From Harriotta raleighana (Eukaryota), in NCBI GenBank assembly GCA_050575255.1, contig JBNZDD010013722.1, positions 8,172,880 to 8,236,879 on the forward strand: DNA of 64,000 nucleotides, read 5' to 3'. Under the pieces are notes generated by a model, which saw only the letters and a list, made by a program, of their open reading frames with translations, was not told the origin of the DNA and searched no databases. The translations under genes were made by a program, and so were the position numbers. How positions within the stretch are numbered: position 1 is the first letter of the stretch; every line of letters begins with the position of its first letter. Below are positions 55,262 to 64,000 of this stretch, one piece after another.

Positions 55262-57115
55262 TTGTTGGCCAGGACACAGAGAAATTCCCTTCTTCTAACA
55301 TTCACCTGAGTAACCTCAGTTTAACCTCCAATTGCAAGACTTCATCTCCAACAATGCAAAGTTCCCTCAGCGCTGCAAAGGAGTATCAGTGATAAAATCC
55401 TGATAGGGACTTACACGTGTAACTCTCCGACTCTGAGACTACTAAACTACTAAACTGACTAATTAAAATATTACATTTATAGAGATTTATAACACATCAA
55501 AAGCATAAGCACATATTGCATTAGGTCAACAATTGAATAGCAACTGCAAGTTCTGCGCAATACTGTTTGATTTAGTTAAAAACTTGTTATTGAGAAAAAT
55601 AAAAATGCGATTCTCCTCCAGATCTTATTGTACTAATTTATGCATTTTCAACATATAAATACTGTCAAAGAAACATAATGTTAAAAGATGCAGTTTGTTT
55701 TAGTGGTGTTAGTTAGTAGAGTGTTATTAGAGTTTAAGCTGCATGTATCAAATAAGGAATCTTATACACAGTATATTTTAGCTACAGAAACAGTAATCAC
55801 TGATCTCAGGTGTAATTTACTGTGCCATTCTTGTGTAATCCTGAAAGTAAAACATCATTGTCGTAGTGCAATATGGGTACTACCCTAAGGCAACAGCAGC
55901 AAGACAAAGGGTCCTCACAAACTTTTATATTAATCTGCCAATGCTAAGTAGCACTAATGTACTTCATAACAGAGAGCAAAATAAAAAGCTAGATGAAGAA
56001 TACTGTATCTCACACCTCCTTATCGCCAGCTTCAAAGCAGCTTATTGGGGTGGGAAAATGAAATATGACAAAAATCACTGAAGAAAGGGGAGAACATTTA
56101 AAAAAATATATTAACATGAATAGCCAAATGCTGTAACTGTGAAATCTATCACACGCGCTTTACTCACCTCCACATCTCATTACACTAATACTGTCCTACT
56201 TAGCCTTACCAACACTACCTTTCCTGATGTAAACCTGCAGCTTATTCGTTCCCACACCAGACTCTAACAGGAACAAAATTACACATATAGAGCACTTTTC
56301 ACATCAGGAGGATGTACCAAGGTGCTGAACAGTCAGGTCGGGACCCGAGCAAGGGAGAGGGGCAGGGTAGGGAGGAGAGGGGGAGACAATTAGGAGGGGA
56401 AAGTTGGGTGGGCAGCAGAAGGCACAGTCGAAGAGGGTCTTGAGACCGGCCTTGAAGGAGGCGAAAGAGGGAGCGAGGCGAAAGGGGGAGCGAGGCGAAA
56501 GGACTGTGGGATGGAGTTCCAGAGTGTGGCGGCAGAGACTAAAAGCCCATCCGCCGATGGTAGGGCAGGGGACATGGGAGCAGGCTGAATGGAGGGGGCA
56601 GGGAGGTTAATAGGAGGACAGTAGGTCGGTGAGGTGGGGAGGGGGGGGCAAGGCCATGAATGGCCTTGAAGGTGAGGACGAGGATCTTGAATTTGATAAG
56701 TGTATACTCCATAAGTGTAAAACTTCCATTTATTCCATGTCCCAACCATCAGCAGATGAGTCTTCAGCCACTTTGTCTCTCCAACTTTCTCCCTGAATCC
56801 CTCCAAATTCTTATTAATAATAATCAACAATGGCGGAGCCTGACTCCCAGCTGGGGTGGGGGAGGGGTGTTCATAAGCATGGTGAATATGGAAAGTTTGC
56901 AAGCGGGATTTGTAAAAGGGGAGAGGGTCAGGGGGGGATTGCGGGAGTGTTCCAGTTTCGGGGCGTAGTGAAGAACATCGCTACACCCCGAAACTGGATG
57001 AATCCTCACCATGGTCAGGTTCTCACTTAATCTGCGTGAATCACTTTGAGATGTTTCAATTCTTGTGCAAGTTGTATAGTAGTTATACCAGGAAAACAAT
57101 GCAGTTGATGCTGCA

Positions 57116-57308
57116 ATAATAATAATAATCCTTGCATTTGATATAGCACTTTTCACATCTTCTAGACTTCTCAAAGCGATTCACAAAATATTCTGTAAAG
57201 TGAATTGACTGTATATATGTGGGCGAAACGTGGCAGCCAATTACGCACAGCAATGTCCCACAAAGAGTCGGTGCTTGAAATTACCAAGTTTTTTTTGAGA
57301 GGGATTAC
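57116..57308 (-). mobile_element. Deu-SINE 3' half in an ARMC1 intron
   Basis: Tail and Deu core present, head absent. Similar 3' fragments at 9215-9395, 18028-18120, 28260-28410, 32075-32250, 40093-40182 and 51487-51598. Confidence 0.85.
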
Positions 57309-57360
57309 TGGTAGTTATATATAGTAGTTATATGAAACGTCCTCTCTGCCTGTTGGTCTG

Positions 57361-58108
57361 TCTGCCCTTGTCCTCCCTCACCCCACCTTCCCCATCCAAT
57401 CCCTCCTCTGCCAGCTTTGCAAATAAGAAGAACGCAAACTCTAAAAGCAGAAATATTTAAACAACATATATCTAGGGTTAAAGGAATTTCAAACTGTTTT
57501 TAAAAAGAACAAACCCAATGCTTTCTATTCAATGTAAAATTTTCAATCCTCAAGGATTTATCTAGTATTGATGTTCAGCAAGTCTGACTTCAGAATTAAC
57601 CCAACTGTAACAGGAGTGGTTTCATACTCGCTCTTGTTTTGTTCAATCTGAAATAACAATTTATAGATCTGCAGTTTCAACAATAAATTGTCAGATCCAA
57701 AACACTGACTGTCCAGCACTTTGGGATGTCCTCCCAATGTGAAACAACAACAATAAAATGCTTAATAGAATGCAAATACAGTCTACAACCCCATTATAAT
57801 TTGGCCACATAATGCTGGATCACTTATAAGCTCAGTTCTCTGTGGATCTGAGCACGTGGATCAACCAATTCCCCAGATGTCAAAACATGGCCAATTTCCT
57901 ACAAAACGGATGCACTAAACAGTTTATTTGAACTTACCGATAGGGCAGAGTAAACAACTTGAGGGTTTGGGTGATCTAAGAATTCCTTTAACCCTAGATA
58001 TATGTTGTTTAAATATTTCTGCTTTTAGAGTTTGCGTTCTTCTTATTTGCAAAGCTGGCAGAGGAGGGATTGGATGGGGAAGGTGGGGTGAGGGAGGACA
58101 AGGGCAGA
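57361..58108. repeat. Perfect 128-bp inverted repeat (57361-57488 / 57981-58108)
   Basis: tctgcccttgtcc...ggttaaaggaatt is the exact reverse complement of aattcctttaacc...ggacaagggcaga by base-wise reading. Confidence 0.95.
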
Positions 58109-58263
58109 TCTATAAATGGTCATCAGGTCACCATCAATGTGGCTTCCTGCAGGTAGGACAATTGCCTTGTAAGTTAGATTTTGAAAACGGATGCACTAAA
58201 CAGTTTATTTGAACTTACCAATAGGGCAGAGTAAACAACTTGAGGGTTTGGGTGATCTAAGAA
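57903..58263. repeat. 80-bp direct duplication of the ARMC1 start-exon 3' end and donor (57903-57982 copy of 58184-58263, one substitution)
   Basis: Also visible as identical ORF starts [18 protein letters not shown] at 57928 and 58209; the single difference is 57939 g versus 58220 a. Confidence 0.95.
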
Positions 58264-58380
58264 AAGTATCAACCCAGGTAAACATCCCTGATCCTGGACA
58301 ATTGGTCGTCTATTTAGAGGGTCAGATGCCAGATCTCGCAGCTGGTTTACTACTGCTAATGCATCAGGCTCACCACTCAT
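58219..58380 (-). CDS. ARMC1: ARMC1 coding exon 1 (start exon): [54 protein letters not shown]
   Basis: Translation closely matches the vertebrate ARMC1 N-terminus as I recall it (human [40 protein letters not shown]). ATG at 58380-58378; acceptor tttttcAG puts the exon start at 58432; donor GTAAGT at 58218; 162 nt, phase 0. Confidence 0.97.
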
Positions 58381-59272
58381 TGTGCCACCATCCACTTTGC
58401 CATATGTTTGACAACCTTCTGAATATTTCTTTCTGAAAAAGACACAAGACTTAACATTTAGTACATTCGGTACCCACTGATCATATTTAACAAGGCTACA
58501 AATACATACAGGTCCTTCACTAAGCAATTAAGTTAATGTCAAAGTCCTCATTGGAATACCACACAAACACATACTGTATTAGGTCAACAACATCAGGTCT
58601 GTATTTGAAAACCAGTATTGTATATTTTAAAATAATATAAGCCCTTCCTGTGTGTACAAGTTAATCAAAAGTATAAAATAAAAACGTAAAATCTATCTTA
58701 TGGTATAGACTACCATTATACAGTAGTAGATCCCAATGCCACTAGTCAAAACGAGAGAGGAATGAGTCCTGGACAATATTTCCCTGATAAAATTGGTCAT
58801 TCACTTAATGGCTGTTTGTGGGACCCCAATGTAGACAAATCAGCTGCTGTGTTTGTCTACAAATTCAGTCATCAAAAATACAAGAAAATACGATTCAACA
58901 TTTCGCTGAAAGGCCAATAAAAACAAAGGTTGCCCAGAGTTAAAGAAAGAGGGGCGGGAATCCACTTCTACATGTCACTAAGCTGTGGTACAGCACTCAA
59001 AATAGCTTGGGAGAGGCACCGGCCCGTGTGTGGGGCGCCTCTGCTTTGAGGGTCGCGTCTGTCATTCTCAGGGATAAAGAGCGACGACGTCGGTTCACCT
59101 TAGGATGTCCCTTAACCAGCAGCGATTGAGAAGCGGCCAGAGGCCTACCTGGCTATGGGAGCCCCGGGCAGGGAAGCGAGAACGCGCGCGGCCTTCCCTC
59201 TTATCGCAGCCGACTCAGCGTTTCACCTCCAGTCGGGATAGGATAGGACAGGACAGGGCCGGCAGCGCTTAC

Positions 59273-59450
59273 CTTCAATGCAACAACCCACGCCGGCAAC
59301 AAAGGCAAGTAACGGCTCGAATACGTCAGCGGCCGCGAACCACCACCATCAGCTTCAACGGGTTCAGAGAGCTGACCGAGCGCGGGTAAGGAAAGGAGCG
59401 GGGATGCTGACAGCGGGATGAAGTTCAGGCGGAGCCGCGCGTATACAGTC
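59273..59450 (-). other. ARMC1: ARMC1 putative non-coding exon 1 (5' end approximate)
   Basis: Strong donor AAG|GTAAGC at 59272 inside the CpG island, just downstream (minus sense) of CCAAT boxes at 59517-59540; TSS not determinable from sequence. Confidence 0.65.
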
Positions 59451-59819
59451 CCCTCCTCCTCCTCTCGTCAACCACTTCACCAGGGCCGGCCGCACTCGCG
59501 CCATCCCGCTCATCCTATTGGTCCAGTAGCCCCGACCAATCACAGAACGGCTTACTGCGCTGCTTACGGCTGATTGACAATACCACATGCAGTTGGACAC
59601 AAACTCCTTTATTATTATTATGGATTATATTTGCGTTTGAAACACAAGATTCGGTTATTTCAATCAATGTTGTTTTTATTTCAAAAAAACACAACTTTAT
59701 TTTGTAAATAACGACAGCAGCAATAAGGTGGGGGCGGGGGAGGTTTGAACGTGAGCAGGTTCTGTGGGCGGTTGGTGACGCCGTCGCCTCTGATTGGTTG
59801 AGACACACCAGAGGGGGCG

Positions 59820-59925
59820 TCACCGGGGGCTCGAGGCTGACAGTTACAGCGGCCGCCGAGAGAGAGAGAGAAGTGGACAAGGCGAGGGCACCGTGGGCAG
59901 GAGCCGAGTCACCGAGAGGAGCGAG
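59820..59925 (+). other. MTFR1: MTFR1 putative non-coding exon 1 (5' end approximate)
   Basis: Donor GAG|GTAATC at 59926, downstream of the GC box and ATTGG box; next acceptor ctcctttcAG ends at 60480. Confidence 0.5.
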
Positions 59926-60568
59926 GTAATCACAGCTGCCTATAGCACTGGCCATAGGTTAGCGCCTATGGAGGGAGGGAGCTCGGTCGGTAGGTGGAAC
60001 AGCCTTTGCCCCGCTGACCCCGTGAATGGAGAGGATGATGCGCGCAGGTGGCGTGCGGCCCGCGGAGAGAGAGAGAGGAGCCGACGGCTGGCCGGGGGTT
60101 GAAACACTAAACCTCCGGGTGGGGGGGGGTCGGGTCGGTCAGCGGGATTGGGCACCACTGGCCCGGTACCTCTCGGCGGCGATGGCCGATACTCGCGGCG
60201 ATGTGATCGGTCCCCCGGTGTGTTTGTTGTCTATATCGTTTTTATTGTGGAGGGAATTTCGTACGTGGATGCGGCCGATTGTGATGAGGAGTCTGAGTGT
60301 GTGTATGTATGTATGTATGTGAGTGTGTGTGTGTGTTGTCTGGCCGGGTGACTCATTGCATTTCCATTCCGAACTGGCAAACAGAAACACCCAGTGTCTC
60401 GAGTTTTTGCTGCCTGGAAATGGAGACTGAAACACAGCAGGAGATTTGGGGATTTGACGAACAATTGTCTCTCCTTTCAGGACAACCAAAAGCGTTCAAT
60501 GGCTTCCAAGCTCCTGCTTTGTGTTGGATCCTCTTCCTGTGGATGGTAATGCTCCGGGGCGGCTATAA

Positions 60569-60634
60569 ATGTTTTTGCTCCTCATTCAAATGATTAGAAT
60601 GATGACGGAATATGCTGGAGTAGCAATGGATTCA
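60569..60634 (+). CDS. MTFR1: MTFR1 first coding exon (exon 60481-60634): MFLLLIQMIRMMTEYAGVAMDS; rest of gene lies beyond the window
   Basis: 22 codons followed by GTAAGT; aligns without gaps to the human MTFR1 N-terminus as I recall it ([22 protein letters not shown]; IRM...GV.M.S); good acceptor at 60480; ARMC1/MTFR1 head-to-head synteny is known in human. Confidence 0.8.
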
Positions 60635-60786
60635 GTAAGTGAGAAGTTATTCTTGTATAATTGTGGTCTGCTCTGTAAAATCGAGCTCTAGGAGCACCAC
60701 AAAATGACATTGTACGGTAGAGCGCCTTTTACGTCGGGAGGACGCTATATAAATTGATGTTGTTGTTGTCCCCAATTTTCAGCGTT

Positions 60787-62395
60787 CATAATCCTTGCGT
60801 TTGATATGTTTAGTGCCTTAACACATCTTTGAGACGTCTCAAAGCGCTTCACAGGTTATACTTTGCAGTGAATTGATTATTTTGTGGCCGAAACACAGCA
60901 GTTGCACTCAGCTGCCAATTGCACACAGCAGTGTCCCACAAACAAACATTGATTGAGTGACCAAATTTTGTTTTTTAAACTGTTTCTGATGTGATTATTA
61001 TCCCCGGAGAAGCCATCCACCAATCAGCTATTACTTACTGCTAAGTAAAGAGGCATGTGGAGAAAGGAAACTTAGCTTTTATTTCGCCCTACTGGGAATC
61101 AAACTCGGGTCATCTCACCAGGGCTCTAAGCACTAAGCTACATTTCAAATGACTAATTGGTCAGCCCCTTAAAAACAGCTGTTATCGCCCCCATCCTGAA
61201 AAAACTTTCCCTGGACCCATCCCTACTCTCCAGTCACTGCCCCATCTCCAACCTCCCATTCTTCCAAGGTCCTGGAATGAGTTGTCGCATCCCAGCTTTG
61301 CTCTTTTGTTTCCTGCCATTCCCTCTTTGAACCCCCGGTCAAAGCTCGGATGACATTGTAAACATCTGTTACTACCTCCTTGACTTCTCTGCTACCTTCG
61401 ACACCGTTAACCACTCTATCCTCCTTGACCACCTCTCTGCTCAGCTCAATCTTTTTGGACCTGCCCTTGCCTGGTTCCAATCTTATCTCTCCCACCGTCT
61501 CCACTAAGTTGCCACTTTTCCTCCAGCACCACGTAATGTCCTCCAAGNCCAATCTTATCTCTCCCACCGTCTCCACTAAGTTGCCACTTTTCCTCCAGCA
61601 CCATGTAATGTCCTCTGTCGTGTCCCTCCCCATTTCAATATCTATGCTCCCCTTGGTGACATAAACCACAGACATGGGGTCAACTTCCATATGTGTGCAG
61701 ATGATACCTCTCTCTGCCTCCACCTATATTTCTAGGACCACTACTGACAGATTGGTGAACATCAGTCCTGGATGAAAATTAACATTCTACAGTTGAATGT
61801 CAGCAAGACCGAGGACCTCTTGATTCTCTCACACCAGGTTGGCTTGGGATTAGGAGGTCATAAAGGTGGAGGGGCAAGGCCATGGAGAGCTTTGCATGGG
61901 CTTACCCCTCCACCTCTATACCATGCATCACATATCATTGTGGAACTCCTGTGGCTCAGTGGTTAGAGAACTCGCCTTACATGCCTTACAAGCATGAGGC
62001 CTGTGTTCGAATCCAGGCAGATCAGGGCGAAATCTTGGGCAAGTTTCCTTACTCCACATGCCTAATAATAATCCCTCCAAAAAAAACTACAATAATAAAA
62101 TTGGTCATTTCAATTCATGACTGTTTGTGGGACACTGCTGTGCGCNTGTTTGAATCCAAGCAGATCAGGACGAAACCTTGGGCAAGTTCCCTTACTCCAC
62201 ACACCTAATAATAATCTGTCCAAAAAAAACACAATAATAAAATTGGTCATTTCAATCCATGTCTGTTTGTGGGACACTGCTGCCGCATTTCGCCCTCAAA
62301 TACAGTCAATTCACTACAATCTATTCTGTGAAGCGCTTTGAGACGTTGATAAGATGTGAAAAGCGTTAGATCAAATGCAAAGATTATTATTATTG
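60787..62395. mobile_element. MTFR1 intron repeat cluster: degenerate Deu-SINE (60787-61140, -), L2 RT fragment (~61160-61835, +), Deu-SINE (61941-62395, +)
   Basis: L2 RT remnants DFSATFDTVNHSILL and catatgtgtgcagatgatacc (YADDT-like); SINE consensus. Confidence 0.8.
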
Positions 62396-64000
62396 TCAGC
62401 CACCCAAATCCTCCCTCCATAGACTATCGAGAACTCTGCAGCCTATGTGCTCTCCTGCACCATTCTCCATGAACCTATCACCCCCATCCTCGCTCAACTT
62501 CACTGGCTTCCCATCACATTGAGATACAATTCAAGGTTCTGATCCTCGCATGCAAGGCTCTTCATGGCCTTGCCCCTCCACCTCTATGACTTCCAAACCC
62601 CAAGCCAACCTGTTGATTCCCTCCTCTCACATCCCCCACTCACCATTAGCAAGCGAGCCTTCAGCCACTCTGCTCCGAGTCTTTGGAATTGCTTCCCACA
62701 ATTGCTCCACCTAGCCTCCTTCAAGTCCCACCTCAAGATCCTCCTCTTTGACTGTGCCATCGGTCACTCGTGTTCCTTCCACCCTCCCCAATCCCGACTC
62801 CAGCTCAGGTCCAAAACACTGACCGTCAGTGGGACATCCTCCCGACTTGAAAGGCACTATACAAATGTAATTTTGTTGGTGGTAATAAATAAGAAATCCA
62901 GTTAGAATTTACAATACAACTAATTTTTCAAGAATCTTACTTGTCAGACTCCTGCACCACACTCTGCAGGTCCATCAACTGCCTCCTCGCTCGGTTCCAT
63001 TTACTCAATATTCCAGCAAATTAAATTTTTACCTATCCCTTTAAGTGCTTGCATGGATTTGTCACACCCTACCTTCATGACCCTATATCCCTGGTTATTC
63101 CCTCTATTCGGCAAACATTGGCCTGCTTCACAGCCCCTATGACCTACTTTACACATGTCCTACAGCGCTTTATCTCTCCATATATATCTATGAGGTTCCA
63201 TAAATAAACTTTTTTATATGAATAATGCATTGATACAGGTAGCTTCAAACTGAAATTAATTATTCATGTGTTTGTTGTAAGTTTCCATTAGATTTTCTTC
63301 TCTTTCTTTCATTCCTCTCACTCTTTTTGCTCTAACTTCTCACCCGAAGAGGTGTTGGGTGCTTATATTTGCACTGACTGACCTGGAATTTAATGACGTT
63401 GAAAGTCTTAATTGTTCCCTGGATGTAGCTGCTTCCTTGTTTTTGTGCTTCTAAACTGGATAATTAGTTTTCAGTACATTTCTGTCCAGTATGCACTACT
63501 GCTAAAATAATCATTCTTGATGACTTCAGTGGTTACCATCAACTATTGTAGTTCCATTTGCGCCTCAATTTCAGGCAGGCACCAATGCTAAGCTGTTGGA
63601 ATGTTGAATGATCTTAATTATCTTACCCTGTTTCCTGATTACAATGAATCTTCTAGATCGTTTTCTCATCTACAGACTGAACTCTTACAACAACAAAATT
63701 ACATTTATAGAACGCTTTTCAAGTCGGGAGGAAGTCTTATTACAGTTATGGTGACTCATTGCTAGGCAAACCACACCCAGTCAATGAGAGTTAACTTATT
63801 TTAACAATGTAGACCACTGCTGCCTTTTTGTACAATGCACACAAGAAATGTGCCTCTCTTCCATTCAGTCTACCCCTTAAGATCTTTATACTTATAAGTG
63901 TTGACTCANGCTGCCTTTTTGTACAATGCACACAAGAAATGTGCCTCTCTTCCATTCAGACTACCCCTTAAGATCTTTATACTCNTACCCCTTAAGATCT

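Larger units (their letters stand above)
59000..60290. promoter_or_regulatory. CpG island / bidirectional ARMC1-MTFR1 promoter
   Basis: Only extended CpG-dense, GC-rich stretch in the window; CCAAT/ATTGG at 59517-59521, 59536-59540 and 59793-59797; GC box GGGGCGGGG 59731-59739; divergent first-exon donors at 59272 (-) and 59926 (+). Confidence 0.85.

Noticed and set aside
58433-58527. N-terminal extension of ORF 58174..58527
   Set aside because: Begins at a non-ATG codon in intronic sequence upstream of the acceptor at 58433.
59952-59971. Small hairpins (CCATAGG/CCTATGG here; also 15015-15040, 26004-26022, 29649-29668)
   Set aside because: 7-10 bp stems are expected by chance in 64 kb; no supporting context.
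59105-60593. Several 70-146 aa ORFs in the CpG island
   Set aside because: Expected from GC-rich, stop-poor promoter sequence; low-complexity R/G/P/S composition and no recognisable homology.
61478-62290. Tandem duplications around N at 61548 and 62146, giving ORFs with repeated peptides (61223..61723, 61380..61664)
   Set aside because: N-joined overlaps inside L2/SINE sequence; assembly artefacts or merged alleles/paralogs.
442-62341. Recurrent short ORFs such as GETLGKFPYSTCLIIIPPKK...ISIHDCLW suggesting a peptide family or CRISPR-like array
   Set aside because: They are translations of dispersed SINE copies; irregular spacing, both orientations, eukaryotic context.
63818-64000. Repeated blocks at the right edge
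   Set aside because: Interrupted by single Ns (63909, 63985); contig-end artefact.
60635-64000. Searched for the next MTFR1 coding exon (LWS.KPYGS.RSIVR.IG motif)
   Set aside because: Not found by eye; presumably beyond the window.

Overview
Vertebrate (cartilaginous-fish-like, probably chimaera/holocephalan, judged from the repeat families) genomic DNA, repeat-rich, from a draft assembly. The right half holds a complete ARMC1 gene on the minus strand (6 coding exons, 275 aa, all GT-AG, phases consistent, plus a non-coding first exon). It sits head-to-head across a CpG-rich bidirectional promoter (about 59.0-60.3 kb) with the 5' end of MTFR1 on the plus strand (first coding exon MFLLLIQMIRMMTEYAGVAMDS). 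The left ~37 kb is essentially a gene desert. It contains tRNA-derived Deu-domain SINEs with L2 tails, L2 and CR1 LINE fragments, TA-flanked pogo/Tigger-type MITEs, candidate conserved non-coding blocks and a SINE-disrupted CEACAM-like Ig-domain pseudo-exon. Most notable observations: (1) a local template-switch rearrangement in the intron after the ARMC1 start exon that assembles a complete candidate poison exon (new polypyrimidine/AG acceptor plus duplicated GTAAGT donor), whose acceptor can be base-paired by a perfect 128-bp inverted repeat; (2) both genes of the bidirectional pair carry uORFs that end in an ATGA stop/start overlap with an in-frame Met; (3) the degraded Ig-superfamily gene. 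Homology calls come from my recollection of the human proteins and repeat families, not from searches.
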